64,000 nt of DNA from the human T2T-CHM13v2.0 reference genome, Homo sapiens: the NCBI RefSeq assembly GCF_009914755.1, contig NC_060937.1. One strand, written 5' to 3'. The notes under the pieces are model-generated. The model had not been told where the DNA came from. It saw nothing but the letters and a program-made list of their open reading frames with translations, and made no database searches. Below are positions 41,645 to 56,126 of this stretch, in pieces (the stretch's first letter is position 1; each line of letters begins with the position of its first letter). A program made the position numbers and the translations under genes.

Positions 41645-42978
41645 AAAAAGACTTGGCAAACAAACCATTGTCATTCTTTGGATAACAATTTTTTAACCAT
41701 TTCCAATTTAAGGTCCAAGTGTCCAGACCCCCACGTCTGTAAGAGATCACTACAAGTCACAAACGTTCAGGAAAACAATAATCCTAGCTTGTACTTCCCA
41801 ATAATTAATTAGAAGTGTCTCTTCTGCAATTTGATTGAATCATCTCCAAGGAAAAACACTGCTGTAAAACATAAATATATATATATATCATTATGTATAT
41901 ATGGGTACAATTTTAAATACATTTCATTACGTTGATGTACTCTCAAAAATAAAAAACATGCAAACTAAACTCCTGTTGCTTAGACAATACTATAGATACA
42001 TGTAGTCAATAACTTTTCTCCTGAACTGTTATCTCAATGAAATAGACTGATCTTTAACCAAAAGAAATGTGAAGATAATCAGTATGGGATTACATTTCCT
42101 TTATAATGGCTTTAATCAAGTGTAACTATATTACTGAGTATAACTACAATTGCATTAAATTGCAATTTACTTAAGAATATTCAAGAATCCTTAAATTTTC
42201 AAAATATAAATAAAACCAAACAATATTAAAACTGATTTTCAACAGAAAATGTTTTTACCTTGTATTAAAATTATTAGACACACTACAATTACCCAACTTA
42301 AATCTGTTCCAGTTATTTTTCTGAATCCAGAAGCTAGTAACATATAATATCTCTGTAACATCTTTACAAGATAGTTTTATATATGACATATTTACAATCA
42401 CTTAAATGTCGTTTTTGCTACCAATTGACTTGCGAAAATTCATACAATATCCTCATTTTTCAAGTAATAAGCTATTTTATGTAGTTAACATTGAGATTGC
42501 TCCAACAATCCATTTTCCTCAAACTGTATTTTCTTCCTCTGAAATCCAAATTAATCATAGATGGTAATAGCTTTTGTGGAAGTAGAACTAAGGAGGAGAT
42601 TTAATGAGTGATTAGTGGACAATTATCTTAGTTCTTTTTACAAAATTAGAAGACTTTTTAAAACAAATTCACAATCTTTTTTATATTTTAATATCTTATC
42701 CACAGCTTGGATATGAAAACTTGTATTTTTTATGTTTATACACTCTAGTTTTGAGTTACTTTGTACCATAATCTATTATGGACAAAAAATAAAAATGCTT
42801 ATAGAGCACAGAATTTCACAAAGTATGAAACATAATCCTTACCCCTTCACCCTTTCTGAAAAAGATTATAATAGAAAGAATGATTATAAAAAATGCATAT
42901 GTAGCATAAGAACTATTTTCAAATCCTGATTCTATTGCTGATAATAAGGATATGGCATCTCTTTAAAAAGAACATAAC

Positions 42979-43515
42979 TGTGGCTTTTTTAAAATATAGC
43001 CACGAATACTTTGAATGTCCTCACATCAAAGGGTAGACATCATGTTTCTTCCCCCTGAAGTCAGACAGGCTGTGATTGCTTAAACCAACTCAGCATTAAA
43101 GTAATTCTATGTGACTTCTGAGGCAAGATTATTAAAGGCAATACATTGACCCATTAACTGCAACACTCAGGCAAGCTACCTGTATGATTCCATGTTGTGA
43201 GGAAGCTCAAGTTACATGAAGAAGCAATATTCAGACACTCTGGTTAAGAGATTATTTTGAGCGCAGCCTTTAAGTCATACCAATGCAGGAGCCAAACGTA
43301 AAGAAGCTTTCAGAAAACTTCATTGTCCAACGTTTAATTCATTCCTAGATATCTAGGAATTCTCAGAGGCCCCAATTACTGTAGACCACAGAGATGTCAC
43401 CCCACTTTGCATTTTTGACCCCCTGACCCCAGAATATATGAGGATGACAAAATGGTTATTGCATCACACCACTGAATTTGAGTAGTTTGTTTTGCAGAAG
43501 TAACTAGCAGAAGCA
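42979..43515 (+). mobile_element. MLT1G/H-like MaLR LTR
   Basis: 'tatgtgacttctgaggcaag', 'ccatgttgtgaggaagctcaag', 'cctgaccccagaat', 'tttgagtagtttgttttgcag'. Confidence 0.75.
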
Positions 43516-46500
43516 ATCACAAATAGAATGTTTTCTTTCTCCACAATTTGGAACACCATCACAAAAAGGAAAGAAGAGAAAACGTGGCATAGCATAAACC
43601 TGAGTCTTCCATTTGATAGCTGTAAATTTTGGTAATTGGTATTTAAATCTTGGATGATATTCTCATATTCTGGGCATTTATGAAAGGTTAAATTAGATAG
43701 TGTAATTAAAGTATCAGACACAATTGTGCTTTCAACAAAAAAATGCATAGTTATTTTATTCCTCCCCTTATTATTAAATAAATTTTAATAGGTCTTTTTA
43801 TAGGTGAAACATTATTGCCAGAAAAGAATTTCAAACTATATAAATGAGAAAAAAACAATGTTTGGCTTTTTTGAAATTAAGGAAAATTTCATAGTGCAAG
43901 AGGTATTGGTAATGCAGTCTATAGACATAAAAATTTCTTTCATTTTAATAAATACATGACTATCTCACAGGAGGAATACAATGTTTGAGATACACAGGTA
44001 AATAAAGGGTTGCATTTCCAGTCCTCATGGAATTTAGAATCTAGCAGGTAAATAAATGGGAATCACAAACAATTTTTAGCCCGATGAGTTTTTAATAAAG
44101 AGAAGACTACAATACTATGGGAATATAGAGCAGCAAAATTTGCCCTTGTCTCCTCGAAAATAAACCATTAAACTGATTCAAAATAATAGACAGTAGCTAG
44201 CAAATACTAGAGAATATGCCTTGAAGAAGCAGCAATAGACATAAAAGCTGTGAGAAGAAAGAATGCAGAACATCTTAGCGAAATTGAGACACAACTAGTG
44301 TGTTTGGGTCATAGACACCAGTAAGGGCACGTGACTGGAGAAAGAAGTCAGGGTTATATGAAAAGGACCTTTAGTAGATTACTGAATTTCTCTTAAGGGC
44401 AATAGTATATTATTCAAAGGGGTTAAGCAAGTGATTTCAGATATTTGCTTTAAAATGTTAGCTAAAGAACGCACAATCTACATGACTCTCCAGAGTAAAA
44501 CTCTTAGGGATTTTCATACTTTTTTTTCCCTTTTGATGCTCATGACACACCCTCATTCAAAAAAGGTTTGGCATTATTCTTCTATAATTGTACAATGGAC
44601 ATAAGAATAATTGATTTATGATTCGTACTGTCATGCCCTGATTTAGGAATCAGAAATATAAAGCCTTTTTATCACATACATGATTCAACTGGCAAACTTA
44701 TTTAAATTTATCGCTATTCTTTCATGATTCTTTAAAAAAAAATCCTACAAAATGAGTTCACACTGTAAACTGTTTCCCAAGTATAGCAGGAGATTTCATA
44801 GAAATATATTTAAAGAGGATTAGTTAAGTTTTGAAAAACTAGTATGTACCTTTATATAATTACCAAACAGGAGAACAAAATATTATATTATATTATGATA
44901 AACCTTTCATTATTATTTTTTGTCATAGTATCAAATGTCTATATATTTGCTTCACATTTAACTATTGACACTGGTAGTTTGAAAGCCTCTTAGTCTTTCT
45001 TGCTGTCTAATGGATGCTTGCTTAACGGACCTTGATAATATTGTAGGCTTGAATTTATATAAATCTTACCTCCAGAACACACAATACAATAACTACCTAT
45101 CCTATACAGATGGTCCAGATATTCTACCTATGTCTTTCTGGTCTCATTCATAGAAGTTATTTCTACTACTAGTACACTCTTCTCATGAGAAAACAAATAA
45201 AAAACAAAAACAAAAAAAAAGTCTACTTCCTCTTCACTCTCTTGCTTCTGCTCCATCTCATGAATTCTATTTGCTGGTTCTTTGTTCATGGAAACATTGC
45301 TTGGATCCAGAATGTGACTTTGCTTTCTGTGGTGCTGGCTCTTCTGCTAGCTTCTTTCCTTTAATCTTTTTATTAAAAATCATTCTAACATATTTTATTT
45401 TCAGCGTATTTTCTAGCAACATTCATCAGAATTAATAAGGAATCTCTGCTTAAAGTTAAGCATTATGGCTATGTAAGTTAAATGAAAGCATATTCAACAT
45501 GTATAAATATTGGCATACAGCATAGCATCCAAGGACATAGTCTTAAAAGATAATTAAAACACTTAACTTTTATATGTGAGAGCTTGTTTTGAAAATGAAA
45601 CTCTACACCCATACACAAACATAACATTTAGCAGAAAATTTTCAAGTTTTTTCAAAGGAATGTCACCTACTATGATCACAAAAGTTGGATGTCAGGAGTA
45701 ATTAATTATCTCATACTTTTAGCCACAATGCTTAGACAGTAGGAATTAAAGTTTTAAATTGGGACATAAATCTGGAATAAAAAGTTAAATTGGCTCTGTG
45801 GGATCTTATGTATAACTAAGAATGCTTATATTTTTCACCAAACTATTCTCTTTTAAAGGTTTGCTTTATAGCCAATTAATTTTGCTGTATTGCGAGTCAT
45901 GTATTTAATAATGAGAAAAAAACATGTTTTCTATATGTTGTTTTAGAAGAGATGGAAAAGCACTTCAGAATTTTGTCAGAAAAAAAGAAATATGTATCAA
46001 AGTAATTTTTCACTTTGTTACAAATTTGAGTGTGTCAACATCTACTCTATATATTAAAGTCTATTCGACACATGCATAAATAATGGAATTAATAATATAA
46101 AATATAAATGACTGTGCAAGTAAGTTGACAAATTGTTGGAAGTTATTTGCTAGAACATGAAAGTCAAATAATAAAAGTTGGGGAATACCAAAATATCATG
46201 TGCTTTTTTATCTGTCTAGGGAGATTGATTACTTAATCCACTTCTTTTTAAAGCTTCATGAGCACTCAAATATATTGTAACTCTTTCTGAATGAAAACAT
46301 AATATTCATACAATGAGCGTGAGGATTTCATGTTGATCTTCCTATTGTCTTTTAACAACAAAACAACCTTTCAAACATAACAATGTAAAACAAAAATTAT
46401 TTGAGTATCTAACAGACTTCTCTTGGAGAAAGAAATATACTGAGACCCAATTTGCTGTAGAGAGTGAGATTCGAAAGCATATTTTAGAAGAAGGGAGAGA

Positions 46501-46544
46501 AATTAAAGAAAACCTTAATTTCCTTAAATAAGAAATGCTGAAGT

Positions 46545-49500
46545 TCCACCTCTAGAATGGCTATGTGAAGAGCTCCATGAATCTTTTATAAAATTGTTGA
46601 AAATTATACAACAACCATCACCTATGTCACTTGAAAAGTCTTAATGGTACATAGAAAATGATGAAGTATTTATTCAAGAAAATCTACTGAAACTAAGAAC
46701 AGTAAGAGTTTTTTTGCATTTTATCCACAACCCATTCTTACCTCTCTTTCTCACAGACTATCTTGATATAAATTCTACTCAAGGCAATGTAGCCAAGAAC
46801 ACAGAACTTTTACTAGACCCCACTGGGGGGCTATAGCATCTTTCTGGGAGTAATAGTACATCAGAATTTTTCATTTCAACCCCCACCTACTGCCACTACC
46901 TGTTCTTGAGATTAAGCTTTTTTGGAATGTGGCCAAGAAGTAGGATGTCACTTCTTCCTACCAGCTCTAATTCATGGAATGAGGACTGTTTGGGTGCAAC
47001 ACACTGAGAACATTGAGCCCTGATTGCCTTCTTTCTGGTTTGTCTGTAAGGCAAAGTTCTCATTCCAGGAGTGGCAAGCTGAGATTACCAATGGCTACTT
47101 CTCATCCCAGTGACCCAGTCTCCAGGAAGGGCTGTCACTCCGAGAGGAGAATGCTGCTCTCTTTGCTGCAATCACCAGAGCCAAAGCTCAGAAGCTTTGC
47201 CCAAAGGAAGGGGCAGAACATAGAGCAGAGAGTGTAAAGCTTTTCCCAAAAGAAGAGTTTGGGGAAATTCAACCATAAGGGTACTTTGAAAAACAATGAA
47301 GTGATGGTAAAAAGCAAATAAGAGAGACTGGCACTTTATTAGAGACATATGCTTTGAAACAAATATCAGCTAGTTTACCAGGAATAACCCAGGAAAAAGA
47401 CAGCTAAGAAGAGCCCCTCTGGTGTCAGGAAGAAGTTTCAAATGCTGAACAAATGAAAAGACCTGAAATAATAAATAAGACTGTTAATATAACAAAAGCT
47501 GTAAATACATAGTACGTTTCTTTTTATCTCTTTTTTTAAGACATAAAATTACGTCAAGTGTGTTAGTCTGTTCATGCTGATACATATATATACCAGAGAC
47601 TGAGAAATTTTTAAAGAAGAAATTTATTTCTCATAGTTCTGCAGGCTGGAAGTTTAAGATCAATTTGTTGGCAGGTTTGGTGTCTGCTGAGGTGCCTTGA
47701 ACACTGCATCTTCCAGAGGGGATGAATGCTGTATTTTCATATGGTGGAAAGAATGAAAAGGCAAAGGGTCCTAATTCCCTCCAGCCCTTCTATAACACAC
47801 TCATACCATCCATGAGGACAGAGCCCTAATAGCCTAATCATACCCTCAAGGTTCCAGCTCTTAATGCTGTCACATTGAAATTAAGTTTCAACATGAATTT
47901 TGGAGAGGACAAAACAACAAACCATATCATCAAGTAACATAAACAATAAATTATTGGGTATATAGCAAATATAGATGTAATGTGTACAGCAACAATAGCA
48001 CAAAAAGGAGAGCCAAAGTACACAAAAGTGAACAAAAGTAAAATTTATATATACATATGGCACTAGAATTGTTATGCATCTACAATTGATTGTGATAAGA
48101 TGTCTACAGTAAACCCTAAAGTAGCAATTCAGGGAAACATTGAAAAAACATAGATAAAATATTATTAAATTCAATGTTTTATAAAAAATACCTAATTCAA
48201 AAGAAAGCAGTAAAGGAGGAATAGAGGAATGAAAAGACATAAGGTATACAGAAAACTGAAGTAAAATGATGGATGTAAATCTAACTGTACTAGTAACTTC
48301 ATGTGAAAATGAATTTAAATATTCAAATAAAAGATTGTCAGACTGGAGGAAAAACAAATTAAATAAAGAAGATCCATCCACATGTTGTCTGCAGGAGACA
48401 CACTTTAGATCCAAAGATGAAAATTCATAGAAAAAAAGGATGGAAAAGTTATATGATGCAGGCAGTAACCGCAAGAAAGCTGGAATTGTTATATTAACAT
48501 CAGAAAAAAATAGACTTTAAAACAAAAGGGGTTACAGAGGTAAAGGGAGATATTTCATAAAAATAAAGGTCCAATATCTCAAAAATAAATAATAATTATA
48601 AGCATATATATGTGTGATGAAAAGCCTTCAAAATCCATTGACGTAGAAACCTCCAAAAATGGAGATTAATTAGACAATTTAACATACTTCTTGCAGCCTT
48701 TAATACTCACTTTCAAAAGTGGATAAAATGACTATGCAGAAGATCGATAAAGAAATAGAACACTTGAACAATACTATAAAATAACTAGACTGATTAGATA
48801 TTTAAAGAACACTGTAACAACAGTAGATTCTCAAGTGCACACGCAACATTACCCAGGAATACCATATCCCAGGCCATAAAATAGACCTCAATGAATTTAA
48901 ACATTGGAATAATACAAAGTATATTTTCAGACATTAATTGAGTAAAATAATAAATCAGCAATAGGAAAATTTGGGAAACTCAGAATTATGTGGAAATTAA
49001 ACAACATGCTATTAAATAAACAATGGGCCCAAGAAGAAGTAGTAAGATAAATTAGAAAATACTTTAAAAAAGATAAAATACTTTAAGAATGCATAATATC
49101 TCTTATGTGATGCAATCAATGTAGTTCTCATACTCAAAAATAACATTCTCTAACCTGCCACCATAAGGCATTGAAAAAAGAGCAGCAAATTAAAACTACA
49201 GCAACCACAAGAAAGTATTAGGGATATACAAATTAGTGAAATAGAAAATACAGAAACAATTGAGATCCTCAACAAAGCCAAAAACTGTTTCTTTGAACAC
49301 ATCAGCAGTGGCCACAATTTAGATAGACCGATCAACAAGAAAGAGAAACTATTCAAGTATTAATGAAATTTTTAAAAGGACACTAAACTTAAAGAAATAA
49401 AAAATTATTATAAAAGTACCTATGAAAAAATATATCTAAAATTTAGATATTTTTTAAGAACTGGACAAATTCTAAGAAAGATTCAAATTAGCAAAAATGA

Positions 49501-49890
49501 GTCAAGGAGAAATATAAAATCTTATCAAGTAAAGAGATTTAGTAATCAAAACTACCACCTCAGGAAACAATGACAACAGCAACAAAATCTTCTAGCCAAG
49601 AATGCTTCTACCAAACCTTCAAAGTTGAATTAATACAATTATTTACAAACTTGCAAAAAAAAAAAAAGAGAATACACTTCCCAGTTTATTCTATGAAGCT
49701 AGTATTACCCTAATAACAAAACCAGACAATAGCATCAAAAAAAAAAAGAAAACAAAAACACAGAACAATATCTTTAACAAAAATAGATGGAAAAAATCCT
49801 CAGCAAAATGCTAATGATCAAAATCCAGCAAAACATAAAACATATAATATACTATAACCAGGCAGGACTTATCTCAGGAATGCAAGAAAA
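46545..49890 (+). mobile_element. Old L1 (5' region plus ORF2 N-terminal part), interrupted by an MST LTR
   Basis: ORF2 endonuclease-region motifs: 'tgttgtctgcaggagacacactttagat', 'ccaggccataaaatagacctcaatgaatttaa', 'aaaaaatcctcagcaaaatgcta'. The 5' part (46545-47450) is less certain. Confidence 0.75.
47559..47929 (-). mobile_element. MSTB/MSTC-like MaLR solo LTR
   Basis: TGTGTTAGTC...AAACCATATCA termini; perfect 5-bp TSD TCAAG (47554-47558, 47930-47934). Confidence 0.9.
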
Positions 49891-52800
49891 ATGTAAAATA
49901 AATGCATCATTACATTACCTAGAGTCAATTATATTGAGTTTCATTTTCCCTATTGATTACCTATTAAGTTGCTTCCAGTTTTACAGTATTTCCTACTGCC
50001 ATTCCTAGACTCATATCTGGACTGTTTCACAGTATCGACTTTAGAGAACATAGAGGGATAATCTTCGAAATAAAGAAATAATACTGTTCATTGATTTTAA
50101 AATCATATATATACACACACAAATAGTCAAAAAGTCATTTTAGCCAAAATGAATTCCATCTCAAAGAAAATAAAATAACGAAATGATACCATCAAAAAGA
50201 GATGAGAAAATGGAGGAAATGAATATTGGAAAATAGAGTCACTGACTTAATTGTTGGATTTCTAGTGAAGCAGGTAAACAAATTAAATTCTCTTCTGTAG
50301 AGTTATCCTATCTAGGGCCACATGTCTTTAACCTGGCACCAACAAAGTACTAAAACCATATAACAAAGCATTCTTTTATTAATTCCATATTCATCAAATG
50401 ATTTTCTGGTATACATTTGGGTCCTCATGTAACTTTGTCTATCTAGAAAGAACACTTTTGTTAATTTAAAAGGAATATTTCAGTTCCTACAGCATTTCTT
50501 TACATTAACTGGTTTAAGTACCGATCTCCGTTAGTTAATGTTAGTATACCCCTAACGAAAACTGGATTAATAATCAGGTATCTGGGCAGGAAATGCTGTG
50601 CCTCAGGGTCTACTAGCAGTGAGTGAGTAAGGAAATGATTCTTTGTGTCTTTCTGTAGTAAGGCATTCATAGCTTGTTTTACAAAGCATAATTATAGCTA
50701 CCAATATTTTGGAGCCATAGATCATCAGTAAAAGGCTATATTTGTGTGCAGAACGTTTGATATAAAAAGTTAAGACTTCTAATCTTATTTTGTTATAACT
50801 TTTCTAATTATATGCTATTGTATTTTCAGATATGAATACACACAATGAAAACAACTAAAAAGACAAAATTACCATTCACAGTTTGCCTTCTTTCCATCAA
50901 AAATTGGTCTCATGTCACATAAATGTAGTTTATTTTAGAGATGCAGTGTTCCTTTGTATTCATAGCATCATCACTCAAGATGGTAATTATTATGGTGAAC
51001 ATCTGGGTCATTACACTGGCTTATCCTTTTACAGATTGGTATGAAATTGGATCTTATCCTTAAGCTCCAATGTCTCTATGGCCCTGATAATGTTGAAAAT
51101 GCAGTCCTCACTGTACCTAACCTTAGGAAATGAATAAATGGCTATTTGGAGTCCTGGCTCCCTTTGTGCTTTTATATTCCTGAGGGCATGGCTTTATAAT
51201 ACTTCACAGAATAAGACTAATTGTGAAACATTTGGATGTAAGTTGATTTGGATGTCCTTGATTACACAACATCTGCATGTAAGACAATACATTATTTTCA
51301 ATTATGATTTTGTCAAGTTCTCAAAATATAGGATTGACTTTTAACTGCAAGTATTTCTGTGTGCTGGCATAATACCATTTGTGCTATTTTCTTATATTTA
51401 TTCTATGTATTAAAAGAGGATATTAAAAGGATTTTTGTGCTTACTTTAGACAATAATTTATTATGAAAGTTTACTCATAAATATGCTGGACAGTCATTTC
51501 ATAATAAAGTATGACATTCTTTCCTTTATGTCTCCCCAAGGGTAAAGATCATTCAAGCACAACTATCTCCTGTATCGGTATTTATTCACCTAAATAGACT
51601 GTTTTGGTTAAAATTTTAATGAAAAGTCATGCTTATATTACTGTATAATTTTGTATATGCATGAATATTTATCTGTTCAAAGTAGAAATGTAGTTGACAT
51701 GAAGGGATGTCTGCCTAGTTCACAAAAGTATGACCATGGAAATATCATTTCTATGATACTCCCTCATTAGGGAGCTATTCCTTTGTCACTCCAACCTTGA
51801 AACTGTCCCTGTGCAGTACTTTTTGATCCAAGTAATAGACCCATGATCTGAGAATAGTCAAAGTGCATCTCAGATTTTTAAGAGTTGGAGACAGTGAAGG
51901 TTTCACTTCTGATGGTATATGTTGTAAGAATGAGTCTGTATCTGTCAGTGCCAAATTAAGTAAGATGGAATAAGAATAAAGCTGATGCTCAGAGAAGGGG
52001 GAGTGAGAGTTAGAGGTAGTATTGACTATTGAAAATCCGTCCTGAGGTCAGACCCACAAATGCATTTTGTTATTTTATTTCAATACTGATAAAACCTTTT
52101 TATGGTTATAGTTCAAATTAGTTTTTTTCAATTTCAACTGAAATAACAGGTGTAAAAAACCACAAAAGTACCCCATTTCCCCTTGCAAATGTATTGCTCT
52201 GAAGCTAGAATGATGTTGAAATACTGGAGGTCAACCTAAAATGATACTATTTTACTGATGCCTTCATTTTTAGTATATTTTCCTTAGATTTTACAAGAGG
52301 TAAAAGCATCTACTATAGATGTGTTACCTTTTGAGGTTGCTTGTAGTCTTCATATCTGGTGTGTAGCTGCGACAGTGGAACACGATGGAAAGACTGGAAA
52401 TGATACAATTCCAAAAAGCTGTTTTTACAGTGTGAAGCCTAGCCTCAGAATAAAATTCCAATACTATCACGCAAAAAATTACTAGGTTTGCACCAAGTAT
52501 GAATAGGTTGGAAAACTAAAAAGGCCTATGAGGCCCTATAAGAACCACCTTATTAGTGTTTAATAAAGGTAAAGTACGACAGAAATAAAATGCAGGAAAT
52601 CATTGAAAGTCTGTCTTTCGGGAACAGAGCCTTTCTCCCTAAAGATCCTTTCTCAGTCTCACAGACACATTTTATCTGTATATTATAAACCTTCAAGATT
52701 TGAGCTTACTATAATAATTTAAGGGAAGTGCAGAAAAGTCTTTATAGCAGGCTCCCTCATACATTGTTGGTCATATACTTAAGCCAAGTTGTGTAAACCA

Positions 52801-53660
52801 TCAAACTAAACATTCTCAACGATGTAGACCAGTTGGCACTAAACTTAAAGCAATATATTATGAATCACTAACTAGCACATGCCATTTTCATCTTGCTCAC
52901 GGGTCAGTGTTATGCTTCCAATGCATTTCTAGATATAAATATTAAGCTATTCCAGTCCAACTGTAAGAGAGCCCTCCCTTATGTAGCCATACATTAACAT
53001 ATATGAGAATGTAAGATGTGTTGAAGAAAAAATATCAAAGGATTGAGAAACCTACATAAATTTTAAAAACAATTAAGAGAAGACCAGGCTATATTTAATG
53101 TCATCAAAGATAATTCTAGTGCATTTTCATTATTTTTTCACGTGGCTTTTCTTTCTTTTCCCCTTGACTGATTCTCTAACTAGTTTTAATCAATTTTATA
53201 GAATAATCTGCGTATAAGGCACACATTTTAGTCCAGTTCAGTTTTACAAATTTATGAAGCTAGTTAACCACCTACACAATCAAATATAGAATATTCCCTT
53301 CATCTACACATTTATTGTACGACCTTTACCAATGAATTCCCCACCTCAACCCCAGAAAGGTTTAATGCATTCTGTCTTTATATAATTTCAAATTTTATTT
53401 ACATGAAAGCATACAATATTTATTATTTAGTATCTGCCTTCTTTCCTCTAGTATATGACAAAAATTCACTTTTTTTTTTTTTGTACAAAGGAATGACAAT
53501 CCTTCAATTGTAAAAACTAAACATGCCACCCAACTAATCACATGCCTTAGGGTATATTTCTGAAAAATAAGATTCATATTTTAAAATCAACTTTATTAAA
53601 ACTCAGGGCTATTAAAGTATATATACAAATACAACACTAAAAAATAAAGTTACGTTTCCA

Positions 53661-54440
<780 letters not shown>

Positions 54441-54444
54441 ATAC

Positions 54445-55665
54445 CCCAAACCTTTGTCCCCCACCATTATTTCCCTACCTTCTTTTCCTGGCGGCCTTTG
54501 GCCCCCTCCCTCTCACCACTCTTTTTCTTTCACCATCTGCCCCCAAACTACTTCATCATTTTTTGCCCACCCTCATTTCACAAAGCTGCCTCTACTCTCC
54601 TGCTCAACACCCTTTTCCCCATGCATCTACCCAAACCCTTTCCCCAGTTTCTTCCCACTGTCTTTTCCCCTTATCCCTGGCCAGCCTCTTTTTCCCCATC
54701 CCGCTCTCATCCATCTCTTTTGCTCTCTCAACCATCTCTTTTGCTCCTTTATCTAAGCAAAAACATTTTCCCCCGTCTTTTCCCAAAACCTTCTCTCCAC
54801 TCCTGCTGCTCACTACCCTCTTTCCCCGCTTCATCCAACCAAAAACTGTTTTCTTCATCGTCTTTCCCCCCGTTCCTCCTTGCCATTCTCTTTCCCTTCT
54901 CCATCTACCCAAAAACATTTCCCCCGTCTTTTCACAAAGCCTTCTCCCCACGCCTATTCACCTCTCTTTCCCCCTCCATCTACACACCAAAACTTTCCCC
55001 ACCACCTTTTCAAAGTCTCCCCCCTTACCACTAGTGCTGTTTTTTCCCCTACCCTGCTTGCCACCCTCTTTTTTCCCCTCCATCTACCCCAAACTATTTT
55101 TCTGTTGTTTTCCCAACCGCCATCCCTGCTACCTCTCGCCACCCTCTTTCCTCCCTCCATCTATCGAAACACTTTTCACCCACTGTCTTTTTCTTTCTTC
55201 ACTGTCTTTCTTTTCTGCCACTGTCTTTTCACAAAACCTTGTCTTCCTCCTGCTGGCTACCCTCTTTTTCCTTCTCCCACTTGCTACCCTCTTTTGCTCA
55301 ACCCAAAAACTTTTCTCCCCCACTGCATTTTCTCCACACTGTCTTTTCACAAAACCTTCTCTCCCTACTGCTCCCCCCGTTTTCCCCCATCACCTCCCTC
55401 TCTTTCCTCCGCCCACTTGCCACCCTCTTTTCCCCCTCCATGTACCCTTAAACTTTTTACCCACCGTCTTTCTGCAAAACCTTCCTTCCCTCCCACTCCC
55501 CACCCTGTTATTACACCTCCATCTACGCAAAAACCTTTTTCCCCACCATCTTTTCACCACCATCTTTTTTCAATTCCTTCTCTGGCTAAGCTATCCTTTT
55601 TTCCCTTTGGCCCTAACTACCCTCTTTGCTCCCCTCTATCTATCCCAAAACTGTTTTCCTTCTCC
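54445..55665. repeat. Degenerate pyrimidine-rich tandem repeat, ~70-80 bp monomer
   Basis: Marker 'ccatctacccaaaaac.tttcccc..cgtcttttc.caaa.cc' recurs at ~54832, 54901, 54976, 55080, 55157, 55297, 55438, 55519 and 55635. Confidence 0.85.
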
Positions 55666-55831
55666 TGCCTCTCCAGCCGCGATGCTATCTCTCCGTCACT
55701 GCCAACAACTGCAATGAGGCGAGCCGCGCTCCCGCGGCTCCAGCCTCCAGCATATAGCCACCGAATCCTGATTCCTAGTCCTCTACGTTGGGCAATGAGC
55801 AACTCGACATGAAGATACAGGAACCTGAAAA

Positions 55832-56126
55832 AAAGTGATCGCACTTCAGCATCATTTATGTACTGCGGTAGTGCCCATGGAGGTTCCTGGACTGCATGTC
55901 TTGATTGGATGAGAAAAAAACCTCCAGGCTTACTCTGATTGGACTTTATGATCATGTTCTGATTGGATGAGAGCAAGTCTTAACACAACCAATCACAGCA
56001 TGAAAATAAAGTCCAATCAGAGTAGGCCTAGAGGTTTTTTTCTCATCCAATCAAGACATGCAGTCCAGGAACTGCATTTGCATAACCTCATATATAAAGG
56101 ATGCTGAGGTGGCGTCAGGTCATTTC
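55832..56126. promoter_or_regulatory. Putative bidirectional Pol II promoter: 6 CCAAT boxes, octamer, TATA, Inr
   Basis: ATTGG at 55904, 55938, 55962; CCAAT at 55989, 56013, 56047; ATTTGCAT 56076-56083; TATATAAA 56091-56098; Inr TCATTTC 56120-56126; minus-strand TACATAAA 55862-55855 and Inr TCACTTT 55838-55832. Confidence 0.7.
55883..56072. repeat. Inverted repeat: arms 55883-55966 and 55989-56072, 22-nt spacer
   Basis: Manual alignment: outer 42 bp perfectly complementary, inner 42 bp with 6 mismatches. Confidence 0.97.

Noticed and set aside
43341-43360. Perfect 20-bp palindrome ATTCCTAGATATCTAGGAAT
   Set aside because: Near chance level, lies inside an MLT1 LTR, and has no supporting context.
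43464-43748. 94-aa ATG-initiated ORF on the minus strand
   Set aside because: No recognisable homology or gene context; its end runs into an MLT1 LTR; length is within chance expectation.
47881-48474. 197-aa hydrophobic ORF on the minus strand
   Set aside because: Antisense reading of A-rich L1 and MST LTR sequence.
54830-55660. CRISPR-like repeat-spacer array
   Set aside because: Eukaryotic context; repeats are degenerate, spacing is irregular, the intervening sequences are mutually similar, and there are no cas genes.
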